Shown one piece after another: positions 1-11,508 of a DNA stretch of 64,000 nt. This DNA comes from Leptogorgia sarmentosa (lineage: Eukaryota). Each line of letters opens with the position of its first letter. Positions within the stretch are counted from its first letter, which is position 1. The stretch is from NCBI GenBank assembly GCA_964658305.1, contig OZ210885.1, forward strand, positions 10,106,001-10,170,000, in the 5' to 3' direction. The notes beneath the pieces are model-generated. The model saw only the letters and a list, made by a program, of their open reading frames with translations, did no database searches and had not been told where the DNA came from. Both the position numbers and the translations under genes were made by a program.

Positions 1-1148
1 CAACATAATGTTAAAATTAGGATTTCATTTTTAGTGCAAAGTTTCAAAGAAACTTTGTGCAGTATTGTGATGAGTGGCGAAAATTCACATCAGTCATGTA
101 ATCATTCAGTCATTCATAGTGTAAACTCCGGGGGGAGCGTCCCAAATTCTCCTGACATGCGAAACTCGGTATTTGACTGATATCCTTGAAATGTTTGAAG
201 AAAAATGATTCGATTGCAGTTATATATCGTTGCTCATCATTATTTGCAGTTGTTCTCATTGATATGAAAGTTTGTTAGAAGTGAAATGTGATCAAAGAAG
301 CGCAGAAATACAGTACACAATGGCGGACGCCCCTCCGGAATTTCAGTTTTTGCAAAAATTGCAACTCAGCACTTTTGGGGAATGAAATTACACAATATGG
401 CGGACGCTATGAGTGGGGCCGTGAATCAGTAATTCACTGACTGTGATGATAATATAATGTGGCCAACATGTCTGAATGCGTTGATAAAACAGTTAAAATG
501 TTCTTTATATATCAGCAATGAATCTAGAGATTTGAATTAGTAGAAAACTTGTATTTGTCATGGACAGTTTAGTACTGTTAACAGCCGCCGTGCGTATTTA
601 TATTAAAAATTTAGTTGGCCGACATTGCGGGCAAACTAAAATGTGTAACACAGTAGAACTCGTCATATATTTTAAATTGGTTGATGATAGGCAACATATT
701 TGCGAGCTTTCGCATTTATAGCTTTCGTGTTTGTTTTCGCTGTCTCCGACTCGACAACACTGGTCGACGGCATCACTAAACTTGGGCTGTTTGTTTGCCC
801 GAAAATACCGGGGATTTACAGAATTTTCGATACTAAATGAACTAAACAACATATCGGCATACAAAAGTAAATTTAACGTTGGCTGATACTGTGAATAAAC
901 TGGATATTTTATTAAGACGCAGAAGTAGCGTGCCACATTGTGACTTAACTCTTTTAAGATCATTTGTTCAGTACGATGTGTATATAATTTCAAAAAATTC
1001 AGAGGTCAGAGATTTATCTGATTTGCTTTACACGCGCGCTGCTGCGATGGCAGTTGCTTCCAGACAATAAAATAGTGATTATTTTCTCGTATCACGTCAA
1101 CAATGTTTCCTTAGTTTTCTTTTGAAAAATATGATTTTATTGTCCTCT

Positions 1149-1273
1149 AAGGCCTAGGTCAAACGTCGAACTTTTCATGTGCCGAACCTAATGTTAATGA
1201 GCCAAGTTCTTTGTTTGAGCTCATTTGCATTAGGTTCAGCGCATGAAAAGTTCGACGTTCGACCTAGGCCTTA
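1149..1273. repeat. Palindromic hairpin MITE-like repeat (~120 bp)
   Basis: AAGGCCTAGGTCAAACGTCGAACTTTTCATG ... CATGAAAAGTTCGACGTTCGACCTAGGCCTT is almost fully self-complementary. A degenerate copy is split across ~12355-12427, 22686-22718 and 23476-23508. Confidence 0.8.
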
Positions 1274-1533
1274 GAAACTTTGCACTATCCTTGGATCCCT
1301 AGTTTCTATTTTATATTCAAATACAAAATTTTTCTTGGCATGTTTCATAACCTTAATACAATAAAAAACGCGACATCTTTCCGTTGAATTTGTGGATGGA
1401 AAACTTGTACATTGAATCTGTCACTTTAAACACTCATCCGCCACCACCGAGAACAGAACTTCCTCTCCTCGAGTTTTTCCCCCAAAAAATCATGTTTACA
1501 TATTGAGGCCAAAGTGTTGAAGACTTTGCATAA

Positions 1534-1615
1534 CGTAGTCGGCAGGATTTGAACCTGGACGGGAAACTCCCAACAGATTTCTAGTCTGCCGCCTTAACCG
1601 CTCGGCCACGACTAC
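1534..1615 (-). tRNA. tRNA-Ser(AGA)
   Basis: Reverse complement GTAGTCGTGGCCGAGCGGTTAAGGCGGCAGACT-AGA-AATCTG...GGTTCAAATCCTGCCGACTACG, with long variable arm. Confidence 0.85.
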
Positions 1616-1751
1616 GTTGCCACAACCAACAGGTTTCGCGTTGTTCAACTAAACATTCACATCTACAACTGACCTATACTCTGAGGTGACCGCGTGGGAC
1701 GTAGGCCCAAGGTTGCTTGGGAATAAAATGGATGAAAAAATGAAAATAATC

Positions 1752-1832
1752 TGTGTTAGCGGGGAATCGAACCCCGGTCTCCCGCGTGGCAGGGCGTGGC
1801 AGGCGATAATTCTACCACTGAACCACCAACGC
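1752..1832 (-). pseudogene. tRNA-Gly(GCC) pseudogene with 10-bp duplication in the anticodon arm
   Basis: GCGTTGGTGGTTCAGTGGTAGAATTATCG-CCTGCCACGC-CCTGCCACGC-GGGAGACCGGGGTTCGATTCCCCG. Confidence 0.8.
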
Positions 1833-2125
1833 AAAGTTGCCCAACTTTTTCGTTATAATGTTCATATTCCACAATTCAAGATGCCCATCATTTTCACCAA
1901 ACACTTTCAAATGATAGATAAGAGTATGTTTTAGGAAATTGTTACACTTTAAATATGATCAGTAAAATCTATTTTTTGTGTGGAAAAGCAAGCTATATCA
2001 TGTCAACAAGGACTTAAATACAGAAAACACCAAATGAGTGGGTGAGAGGGATAGAGCTAGTATAATGGCAATGGTTTTGATAATTTCTCGAATTGCATAT
2101 TTTTTTCCTTCTCTCGCAAGTATTA

Positions 2126-2197
2126 TTCCCATGCCGGGAATCGAACCCGGGCCTTAGCGGTGAGAGCGCCAGATCCTAACCACTGAACCACATGGGA
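2126..2197 (-). tRNA. tRNA-Glu(CTC)
   Basis: TCCCATGTGGTTCAGTGGTTAGGATCTGGCGCT-CTC-ACCGCTAAGGCCCGGGTTCGATTCCCGGCATGGGAA. Confidence 0.8.
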
Positions 2198-2290
2198 GAA
2201 ACATTTATCTTTTCTCGGAATGTGAAAATAACGGTAATATTTTTAATTTGAATTTGGTAAATTTCGAGAGACAGCGTGGGCAGAAGTGCT

Positions 2291-2333
2291 TGACCTTGAA
2301 GTGAATTGAACACTCGACCTTCTGATCTGGAGT
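2291..2333 (-). pseudogene. 3' half of tRNA-Trp(CCA), truncated
   Basis: Matches the 3' half of the Trp gene at 50391-50463; the D-arm half is missing. Confidence 0.7.
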
Positions 2334-2350
2334 TTAGAAGGGAAGAATTT

Positions 2351-2423
2351 GCCTCATTAGCTCAGTGGTTAGAGCACTGGTCTTGTAAACCAGGGGTCCA
2401 GAGTTCAAATATCTGATGAGGCT
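2351..2423 (+). tRNA. tRNA-Thr(TGT)
   Basis: GCCTCATTAGCTCAGTGGTTAGAGCACTGGTCT-TGT-AAACCAGGGGTCCAGAGTTCAAATATCTGATGAGGCT; one T-stem mismatch. Confidence 0.8.
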
Positions 2424-2663
2424 CAAAGAATCGTTATCAGAAAGTTAGTTTTGAGAATGCGAAATAATCTTAAAGTGGAACTCAGAGTACCGCTTACTAG
2501 CTTGAAATATATTCGATATTATAAATCAATCAAAGACTAAATAGTAACGTTTTACAAAGAATGAAAACAAGTGCATAATCTTCACTCTTATTTTTACCAT
2601 GTTGAAACATCACATCAGTGCAGGATGGGAAAGTAATATAATTCTACAGCAAGCTTTTGAGTT

Positions 2664-2736
2664 GCCTCATTAGCTCAGGGGTTAGAGCACTGGTCTAGTA
2701 AACCAGGGGTCCAGAGTTCAAATCTCTGATGAGGCT
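2664..2736 (+). tRNA. tRNA-Thr(AGT)
   Basis: Same body as 2351 with loop CT-AGT-AA and intact stems. Confidence 0.9.
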
Positions 2737-2886
2737 TTATTTTCTTCGAAAACACTGAAGGACGTAGAAGACAAACGCCCAGATTGTATTCCATGTGCTG
2801 TTCAGTGAGTTAAAACTGATGAAATAAAAAAGCTATTGAAAGAGTACTATGTTGGAAAAAACATGCTATGAAGATTTTAGCATGTC

Positions 2887-2959
2887 GCCTCATTAGCTCA
2901 GGGGTTAGAGCACTGGTTTCGTAAACCAGGGGTCCAGAGTTCAATTCTCTGATGAGGCT
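2887..2959 (+). tRNA. tRNA-Thr(CGT)
   Basis: Same body with loop TT-CGT-AA and intact stems. Confidence 0.9.
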
Positions 2960-3096
2960 TTGTGAATAAGTGTTCATCCATTTCCTTTTTTGTAATTGGT
3001 TACAAGGTATGTACTTAACTCTCATGATTGTATGAGAAGTGTGACCCGAAACAAAATTTTTGGAGTGAATTTATTTCATAAAAACACGTGATAATA

Positions 3097-3237
3097 CGGG
3101 AATTGGCCCCGGCCCATGGCGGTGAAAACGCCAGATCCTAACCCCAAAAACATATGGGAGTGATAACTTGTTCACTATTCCTGTGCTACAAAATCGAACC
3201 CCGGTCTCCCGCGTGGCAGGCGAGGAACCACCAACGC
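3097..3237 (-). pseudogene. Degenerate tRNA-Glu(TTC) (~3097-3159) and tRNA-Gly(GCC) (~3182-3237) remnants
   Basis: Recognisable anticodon arms (GGCGTTTTCACCGCC; CGCCTGCCACGCG) with damaged D/T arms and deletions. Confidence 0.7.
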
Positions 3238-3518
3238 AAAGTTGCTCAATTCTTTCGTTATAATGTTCATATTCCACAAGATGCCGAACATTTTCACTAA
3301 ACAACTTCGAATAATAAATCAGAGTAAGTTCTAGGAAATTGTTACACTTTAAACATGATCAGCAAAATCATTTTTTGTGGAAAAGCAAGATCATGTCAAC
3401 AAAGACTTAAATACAGAAAACACCAAAAGAATGGGTAAGAGGGATAGAGCTAGTATAATAACAATAGTTTTGTTAATATCTCGAATTCCATAATTTTTTC
3501 CTTCTGTCGCAAGTATTA

Positions 3519-3590
3519 TTCCCTTGCCGGGAATCGAACCTAGGCCTTGGCGGTGAGAGAGCCAGATCCTGACCACTGGACAACATGGGA
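3519..3590 (-). pseudogene. tRNA-Glu(CTC), degenerate copy
   Basis: Paralog of 2126-2197 with several stem substitutions; the flanks are also duplicated. Confidence 0.7.
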
Positions 3591-3796
3591 GAAACATTTA
3601 TCTTTTCTTGGAATGTGAAAATAACGATAATATTTTTAATTTGAAATTGGAAGAAAATTTCGAGACACAGCGTGGCAAGAAGGCAGAAAATTATTTTGGG
3701 ATCACTTTCTTTGGGATACTTAGTAACCGCGCGTATTTTACATGTTGTATTGCAAAATCTATTCGTACAAAAGGTTTTTACCGGCAATTTTGTAGC

Positions 3797-3874
3797 GCCT
3801 CGTTGGCTCAGAGGTTCTGTTCCCCACTCGTCAGCAGCGCCCCCGCAGGTTCGATTCTCGCGTGTTGGCTTTTT
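3797..3874 (+). ncRNA. tRNA-sized Pol III ncRNA candidate (A box, B box, oligo-T) without a cloverleaf; vault-RNA-like layout
   Basis: GCCTCGT-TGGCTCAGAGG(A box)-TTCTGTTCCCCACTCGTCAGCAGCGCCCCCGCA-GGTTCGATTC(B box)-TCGCGTGTTGGC-TTTTT; terminal GCC/GGC pairing. Confidence 0.4.
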
Positions 3875-4110
3875 GTAACTTTGTTTATTTTTTTTCATTT
3901 TGTTTTTTTTCTCAACATTTTGTTGTTAGGGTCAGAAATTGTGTTTGGGTCTGGATTAGAAAAACAAAAGAAAAGACAATATTTTGTGTTTAGAGTCAGA
4001 ATTGCACATATAATATTCTCAACGATAAAGTGTGTCAAGTGAAAAATCTAGATTAGTGCTTGGTAACCAAGCCTTAAAGTGATCCCAAAATTTCTGCGGC
4101 CAGAAGTGCT

Positions 4111-4183
4111 TGACCTTGAAGTGAATTGAACACTTAACCTTCTCATCTTGAGTCAGACGCGCTACCAATTGCGCCACAAGGTC
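4111..4183 (-). pseudogene. tRNA-Trp-derived gene with anticodon mutated to CAA
   Basis: Body nearly identical to Trp(CCA) at 50391-50463, but loop CT-CAA-GA and a G.G mismatch in the anticodon stem. Confidence 0.7.
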
Positions 4184-4561
4184 GTGGCTGTGTTGAACTC
4201 GTTTGCTTTCGTAGAATGAGTTTGAGAATGTGAACACAATCGCTTTCTCTTTTTCTCGTGTTGCAATTAAAATTGAAATGCAAAATAATGAAAATATTCT
4301 GAGTTAGCGGGGAATAAAATTATAAAACAGCGAAGAATGATCAAGAATTTAGAATACAATGCAAAACTCTGTCCATGATCAAATAGTTGGTGGCTATCAA
4401 ATATTTTCGACCAAAAGAGGGTGATATCAGAAAAAATCATTTTTACTCTTTCTTTTTTCCTGTATAAAATTACAAGTTTTCACAAAATGTGGATAAGAAG
4501 CATCACTTTTTGAAACTTATATCAGCTCAATAAACCACAACGTCCTTGAACAACGAAGATT

Positions 4562-4643
4562 TTGCAGCGGTGGGATTCGAACCCACGTCATCGAAATGAC
4601 TGGTGCCTAAAACCAGCGCATTAGGCGACTCGGGCACACCATC
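4562..4643 (-). pseudogene. tRNA-Leu(TAG), degenerate 5' half
   Basis: Intact CTGGTTT-TAG-GCACCAG arm and T arm; acceptor and D arm damaged. Confidence 0.7.
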
Positions 4644-4775
4644 TTAACCTAAACGTATCTATTAAATGATTTCCCTTTATTAAATGTCCACGACTTTTGA
4701 AGAGATGCCTTTGGGTGTGAAAGAAACAAAAAATGTTAAAAAATGAGGAAACATTTTAACCAAGCATCGTGTTAA

Positions 4776-4847
4776 GGTTCTGTGGTGTAATGGTTAGCAC
4801 TTTGGACTCTGAATCCAGCGATCCGAGTTCAAGTCTCGGCAGAACCT
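4776..4847 (+). tRNA. tRNA-Gln(CTG)
   Basis: GGTTCTGTGGTGTAATGGTTAGCACTTTGGACT-CTG-AATCCAGCGATCCGAGTTCAAGTCTCGGCAGAACCT. Confidence 0.9.
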
Positions 4848-5302
4848 ATATTGGACAGGAGATTTAAAGGTTATTTTAAGGTCACCAATTTTATTACCAT
4901 TCTCTTTCACCGTCCATTTTCCAATTCGGAGTTAATTGACAGAAATTGATCCAAGAACAAAATGAAAGCGAAAACGAACTAGTTATTTTAATTACAAAAG
5001 GATACTGCGTTAAAAGCTCTTTTAACCAATAAAGTTATAAAGGAGTGAAAATCAAGAATTTAAAAACTAATGGAAAAACTCTTTCCCCGATCAAATGTTT
5101 TTTGCCATTATTCATGGTTTCGAAGGTTTTCCAGGCTATCGCGAATATAGTTTTACTGTGCTGGAATTAGATCTTTATTAATCGTGTCAGCACGAAACGA
5201 GGGTGAAATTAGAAAATATTCATTTTACTTTCCTTCGGTTGCGGGTTAAATTATGAACGAATACTGAATCGTTAGTGAATCTAGCCATGAACAATGAAAA
5301 TT

Positions 5303-5384
5303 TGGAAGCGGTAGGATTCGAACCCACGTCATCGAAATGACTGGTGCCTAAAACCAGCGCCTTCGACCACTCAGCCACGTTACC
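5303..5384 (-). tRNA. tRNA-Leu(TAG), possibly pseudogene
   Basis: GGTAACGTGGCTGAGTGGTCGAAGGCGCTGGTTT-TAG-GCACCAG...GGTTCGAATCC; acceptor-stem mismatches. Confidence 0.7.
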
Positions 5385-5507
5385 TGTGACCTGCAGACAA
5401 TATAATTTCCCTTTAGGAAACATCCACCTCGTTTAAAGAGATGCCTTTCGATATCAAAGAAAGGAACAAACGTTGAACAATTCGGAACTTTGACATCAAC
5501 CCCTTAA

Positions 5508-5579
5508 GGTTCTGTGGTGTAATGGTTAGCACTTTGGACTTTGAATCCAGCGATCCGAGTTCAAGTCTCGGCAGAGCCT
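5508..5579 (+). tRNA. tRNA-Gln(TTG)
   Basis: Same body as 4776 with loop CT-TTG-AA. Confidence 0.88.
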
Positions 5580-6018
5580 AGATCGAACAGACGAATTAAA
5601 ACATTGTATAAGGTGGTGAATTATATTACATTTCTCTTGCACTGTCCATTTTGCGTGTCATATTGAGTTGGAAAAAATAATCGAGGAAGAACAATTGGTG
5701 CGAAGGTGAATTTCTTATTTTAGTTACAAAAGCGATCCTGTGGGCTGTGTTATAGAAGTTCTTTAACCAAGGAAATTAGAAACGATTGAAAAATAATCAA
5801 GAATTTGGAAACCAATGCAAAAAGTCTGTCCATCATGAAATAGTTTGTGGGAATCAATTGGGCAAAGGAGGATGATATCATAAAATATCACTAAATTAAT
5901 TTTACTCTTGTTCTATCATGGATATAATTACGAGTTTTTCCATATTTGGTTCAAAGGCTTCAGCTTGCAAAACTTATACCAGCTCAATAAACGAATACAG
6001 CCATGAACAACGAAAAAT

Positions 6019-6100
6019 TGGCAGCGGTGGGATTGGAACCCACGTCATCGAAATGACTGGTGCTTGAGACCAGCGCCTTAGACCACTCGGCCACGCTACT
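6019..6100 (-). tRNA. tRNA-Leu(CAA) on a Leu(TAG)-type body, possibly pseudogene
   Basis: AGTAGCGTGGCCGAGTGGTCTAAGGCGCTGGTCT-CAA-GCACCAG; T loop reads GTTCCAATC (variant). Confidence 0.7.
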
Positions 6101-6228
6101 TTTAACAGGTTGGATACATGATTCGTGTTCAGTAAATATCCACGTCCGCCATTGAAGAGTGTTCCTTTTGGTGTACAACAAAGGAAGAAACGTTAAAGAA
6201 TTGGGAAACTTTGTCAAGATTGTGTTAA

Positions 6229-6300
6229 GGTTCTGTGGTGTAATGGTTAGCACTTTGGACTTTGAATCCAGCGATCTGAGTTCAAGTCTCGGCAGAACCT
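6229..6300 (+). tRNA. tRNA-Gln(TTG)
   Basis: Third copy of the Gln gene, loop CT-TTG-AA. Confidence 0.88.
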
Positions 6301-6775
6301 ATTTTGACATTTGAATATTTTAAAATGCTGCGAATTTTATTACCTTTCTCTTCCGCCTTCCTTTTTTAATCCAGAGTTAATTGAAACAAATTGATCCAAG
6401 AGCGAAATTAATGCGAAGGGGAGCTTGTAAAATTAATTCCTAAAGGGATATTCTGTTCAAAGCTCATATTCCCAATAAAATTATAAAGAGTAAAAATCAA
6501 AAATTTATAAACCAATGCAAAAACTCTGTCCACAGTCAAATAGTTTGCGGCTATCAAATAGTTTTCATAAATGACGGTGATATCAGAAAATATTAATTTT
6601 ACTTTCCTGGATAAAATTATTAGAAATTACAAATCTACGTTTTTCTCGTATTGCATTTGAAATTTAAATTCGTCAGAATGAAAATATTCTGCGTTTGCCG
6701 GGAATCTAATCCCAGTCTCGGGCGAGTTTGGGGATGTGAAGACAAACTGTTCCAAATAGAAATTGTCAGAAAAAA

Positions 6776-6849
6776 TTCCCACGCCGCGGGAATCGAACCC
6801 GAGCCATGGCGGTGAAAACGCCAGATCCTAACCACTAGACCACATGGGA
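6776..6849 (-). tRNA. tRNA-Glu(TTC), 2-nt insertion near the 3' end (possible pseudogene)
   Basis: TCCCATGTGGTCTAGTGGTTAGGATCTGGCGTT-TTC-ACCGCCATGGCTCGGGTTCGATTCCCGCGGCGTGGGAA. Confidence 0.7.
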
Positions 6850-6932
6850 GTTACAATTTCGAGATCATGTCTGTCTTACGAACCCACATTTTTTCTCGAG
6901 TTGCAATTGAAATGCAACAAAATGAAAACATT

Positions 6933-7003
6933 TGCGTTTGCTGTGAATCAAGCCCCGGTCTCAAGGGTGGCAGGCGAGAATTCTACCACTGAACCACCAA
7001 CGC
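6933..7003 (-). pseudogene. tRNA-Gly(GCC), degenerate
   Basis: Intact 5' half GCGTTGGTGGTTCAGTGGTAGAATTCTCGCCTGCC; mutated T arm. Confidence 0.7.
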
Positions 7004-7385
7004 AAAGTTGACGCCCTTATCTGGAGGTAAAATGTTGCTTCAGGCAAATTCAGGCATGTTCCTGCACAGGTAGGTAGCATTCTATATATTTTAGTTCAAA
7101 TTTCATATCTTTCCACCATTTCACTACGTTTGGAAAAAAAATAAGTATTGCTAATAGAATGGTTTCGAGTGGAATTTGGAATTAACTTGCACGAGTGAGT
7201 TTTGCAAAGACCTCAAAATAGAAAGTTTCTATTCTTCAGAGTGTAGCGCTGAGAATGTGTAGGTCAGTTGTAGATGGATGTGAATGTTCATTAATGAACA
7301 ACGTGAAAGCGGTTGGTTGTAGCAACGTACTAAAATAATATACATTATTTTTATATTTCTTTTCGGAAGGTTTTCAATGGAGTCA

Positions 7386-7391
7386 GTCTCT

Positions 7392-7435
<44 letters not shown>

Positions 7436-7459
7436 TTGGTTCGAATCCAACCAGGGACG
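7386..7459 (+). tRNA. tRNA-Asn(GTT)
   Basis: GTCTCTGTGGCGCAATCGGTTAGCGCGTTCGGCT-GTT-AACCGAAAGGTTGTTGGTTCGAATCCAACCAGGGACG. Confidence 0.92.
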
Positions 7460-7580
7460 TGTTTGGTGTGATGTTATTCAGACGTCGTGACGGTAAATGT
7501 AACCGAATTTTTTGCGCGAGGTTTTCTAAGGATTACGGAAGCTTTCAAAAAACCGAACGTCTTACTTGGTTAATTAACTA

Positions 7581-7652
7581 GGGCTTGCACGGGAATCGAA
7601 CCCGTGACCTCTCGCACCCTAAGCGAGAATCATACCACTAGACCAGCAAGCC
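7581..7652 (-). tRNA. tRNA-Pro(AGG)
   Basis: GGCTTGCTGGTCTAGTGGTATGATTCTCGCTT-AGG-GTGCGAGAGGTCACGGGTTCGATTCCCGTGCAAGCCC. Confidence 0.92.
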
Positions 7653-7999
7653 ATTGGTGGTAACAAAATGTTTTCTAATGTACTTTGTACTGACGAAGAA
7701 AAATATTGGATTAATATGTAATGTCTCAGGCGTTGCAACTCGATGAGAGGAGATTCTGTTGTCGACGGAAAGAAGTCACGTGATGACACATGCCGTGAAC
7801 GAGTTTGTATTTAAATGCAAAATTGACAAACCAGAGGCAATAAAAAAATTGATACTTTCCGTGAAGGTATATGTAGGTAATTGACCTAGGTTAACAGTTA
7901 ATTCGACTGCAGATTGAGAGGTCGGTGTTGTCACACCCATAAACTTGAAATATTCAAAATTCTTGATTTATTCATGTCGAAATACATAGCAATGCCAAC

Positions 8000-8056
8000 G
8001 TAGTCGTGGAAATCTGTTGGGAAATTCCCGCGCAGGTTGAAATCCTGCCGACTACG
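8000..8056 (+). pseudogene. tRNA-Ser remnant with D arm and anticodon deleted
   Basis: GTAGTCGTGG joined directly to AAATCTGTTGGG...CCTGCCGACTACG. Confidence 0.75.
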
Positions 8057-11000
8057 ATCGCATGTCACTCCGTACGGCGCAGTCTTTCTAATCTGTATCA
8101 ACAGCATTATTTCCACTGATAAATTTTAGTCTGGGTTTGCTCATTGAATGATTCCTAAGCACCCGATCTTTTCATAAACTTGCCTGCGTATAAAGCATAC
8201 AATTCAACGTATACATATTAATGATTATACTATTGAAGAAGGAAGTATTTTGGACGTTTTTCCTTCTTGTGAACACGAGTCCATAAGAATAATTAGGAAA
8301 TCAGTATTTGATTGAATTGCTTCCCATAGACCTATTTTTGCTGCTGCCAAATAATTAACATACAATTATTAGAATCGCGTAGAATATTTTTTCTACTATC
8401 AAAAACGGTTAATCTCGGGAATTCCTGAGAAAGAAAAATCTGACCGATGCTCGAGCCACCTTCGTCACCGTCTGGATCCGCGCCTGTGACGTCAATGGGC
8501 GGTCGTATACAAAGTTTTCAAATTTTCAAAAGTAACGGCATTATTATCTTTGAACAAACCTTCATCTTTTCCAAAATGTTTTATTGTAATATTGGTGCAT
8601 AATAACGAGTTATTCACATTTTTCGAGGTCCGAAGGTCGTGTCTGCGCGGGATAGTACTGGTGACTAGTTGCCATTCTCGCTGCCAGAGCCAAGATGGCG
8701 GTTTAAAAGGTGTTCGTTTTGTGCGCGAAGCATGTCTAGCGTGCACGAACCTCTAAACCGCCAAGATTTAACCTCAAGCAGTTGTGTGAGGACATCATAA
8801 AGTCTCATGATCACGATCCCTGTCACGCAAAGAATCGTCGTGATATAATGCCACGTAAAAGAGCGACAATTGGTCGTGCTTGTGTGGTTTGGGAGGCTGA
8901 TTGTTAAATCGTCTTGAAGCACCAAAAATATTTGCAATTTTACTTCAGACATGTAAGTTGTATGTGTCTAAGTAGGCTCTGGCGTTCGGATATGTTTGGC
9001 AGACGTAGTGCTCAAGTATAGGGGGAGTCTAATTCCCTCTTTCTGCCCACCGGCCACATCAGCTCGCCAAATTTTCTACATCTACCCATAATGCACTACG
9101 GTCACACTACGGTCACACTACGGTCGTTGTTTGAATTTAAATATACTTAATATTCCGAATTCAACCGTTTTTCAACGGTTTTGTAATGGCGGTGTCTAAA
9201 CTGAATATATTGGTCAATTTCCGCATACGCTTCAACGTTTTTGACCAATATTTACCGGTGATTTTCAGGAGAATTCGTTGCTACAGTGTAATGAAGGAAG
9301 TGAAATAGCTTTGAGAAGGCAAAATTCATGAAAAACATGCTCTCATGGACTTCAGCGGCGAAAGTATTCATGATATTTGAAAGCCGAATTAATACATGAT
9401 ATCATGTACATTAAGTGAAATATACATGAATGTACCGTCTGGTAAATACTACTTGTACTAAATGATCTCATTTGTCTTACCAAATCATTACCATTTGTGT
9501 ACGGATAATTTTTGTATGCAAACATGTTATCATGAGGCATTTATTAAACGTTTAACTTTATCAAAATTTTAAATGCCTTTTTCTCAAAACACCGAAAATC
9601 CAATTGCGTGCAGGATATCTCAAGAAGTATTTAACCTATTCATTCAAACTTTCAGTGTAGCTTCTGTGTTGCATTCTCTTGGGGATGAACTAGAATCATC
9701 AAAATATCTAGTATAACATTAAAGTTGTGATAGTCAGTACCATACCAATAATATCTATTTTCAATATTTTGTCCGTAAAAAAATTATTTTTGCCTCAATC
9801 ACCATAGTTCTAGTTCATCCCCAAGAGCATGTGCTATACTATTAAACAAAAGTTATTTTAGGTTTTTATCATTCATACTTCTTCAGATATCATGTTTACA
9901 AATATGTCAATTTTTCACCACTGGGGGGTAATTAACATGGTAACCATGGCAACAGTAACTTTGACAAACATTTTTTTATCTTAGTGGTACCATGCCCTAA
10001 TAACTGACCAAAGATGAACATCATAGCATTAAAACACAAGAAAATTTTTTTTTGAGTATTGGACCCCCAAAATATTTTCCCCACATACCCTGGCCTCAAA
10101 ATGTGTAGACATAATTTGACAGCTGTTCTTCTCTTGCCGACAGAGGCAACATTGAGGGGGGTGCGACACCCCCCCCCCCCCCCCGCATCCCTTCTTCGCT
10201 ACGTCCCTGGTATCATCAACAGTTACCCACAGATTCTCTCTGTCCATGCATAAACATGAAACACAACCCAGTATACTTGAGGTGCTTGAAGTGATTACAT
10301 TTAAAAAGCCTAACTAATATTTTTTGACGGATTAATCAAGACGACTATTTTTTCCAAGTTTCATAATCTCAGCGAAATGTGTACTAATCAACAAAAAATT
10401 GGCTGAAGGCCAACAACATTTTTTCCTTTCAATATTTCAGCAGAGCAAAATCTTGGGCAAACATAGCAGTTTAACATTTCTTCAAATTAGAGCTTCAAAT
10501 TGACCATGAAGGAATTTTTATTACAAAATATTAAGTATATCTTCCCAAAATAAAACACTGCATGTGATGAATATCTGAATGCGGATATATCACCCGCCTC
10601 GTACGTCCATGAACCTTTTCAAATTACCCTACTTCAGTGAACCTTAACACCAAAGAAAAGAAACGTTCCCTTGGTTTTCTTTTCAGAATAACATGCAGAT
10701 GTTGTGGGAAAAGTGTTGCAGAAAGCTACATTATGCCCAGTCTAACATGAGAGATTTGCCAACATATTGATCACCGCTATCGGTCCTTTTTAAAACCTTC
10801 GACTTCCATACATATTGGGATTTGATGCAAAGAACATATAGCTGGAACTGATAATTGTTATTAATAATAATATTTTAATAATATTTTCATTGATTAATAT
10901 ATTGATCTTTGAAGTTCTTACATCACACGGTCTTTCCACGCATGTGAATACTTTAAATTTAATATTCCAACATGTTCCCCAGATTGAGCCCAGATTTTAA

Positions 11001-11188
11001 ATTTAATATTCCAACATGTTTCCCAGATTGCATTGCGATTCATTGTTTTGACACTGGTGTGAGTGACATGGCAACAATTCAAAGGTCTATTATAATTTTA
11101 AAATATAAAAATATCGTAGAATATTTAAATTAATCTATTTTATCGTAGAATATTTGAATTAATCTGATCAGTGTTACATGGATCCATT

Positions 11189-11508
11189 CAGGGGCGAAAT
11201 TTAAGAGGGGGGTTAGGGGGGGTTAGTAACCCCCCCAATGCTTAACTTTGCAGGGCAAAAAGGGACGAAATAAATATATATTGATTTGAAAAAAATTGAC
11301 TATCAAGAGTTTTAAATAGCCATTAAAGTGTACATGAAACGTTTTTTGGTTTGTCCTACTCGCGGAAAAGTTTTGCCCCCGCTCGCCAACAATTTAGGAA
11401 TATTACCTACGGTCCTGGTTATCTTGCAGGGTATTCGATTTTCTTGCAGGGCATTTTTGCCCATAACCCCCCCCCCCCCCCATTGAGAAGGTGCAAGTTT
11501 CGCCCCTG
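11189..11508. mobile_element. hAT-type MITE (320 bp)
   Basis: TIR CAGGGGCGAAA...TTTCGCCCCTG; perfect 8-bp TSD GATCCATT at 11181-11188 and 11509-11516. Confidence 0.85.

Larger units (their letters stand above)
4300..6620. repeat. Tandem triplication of a ~720-730-bp unit carrying a divergent Leu(-)/Gln(+) tRNA pair
   Basis: Gln genes start at 4776, 5508 and 6229; spacer motifs (AATCAAGAATTT..AATGCAAAACTCTGTCC, ATTTTACTCTT) recur at the same period. Confidence 0.85.

Noticed and set aside
4111..4183. Functional Trp-to-Leu miscoding or suppressor tRNA
   Set aside because: Anticodon-stem mismatch, and TrpRS depends on the CCA anticodon; most likely a pseudogene.
1649..8116. Short ORFs across the tRNA clusters (also 51482-53198)
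   Set aside because: They overlap tRNA genes and show no protein motifs.
8326..11090. Single element bounded by ATAGACCT...AGGTCTAT
   Set aside because: Only 8 bp match clearly, there is no convincing TSD or ORF, and the interior is a patchwork of repeat fragments.
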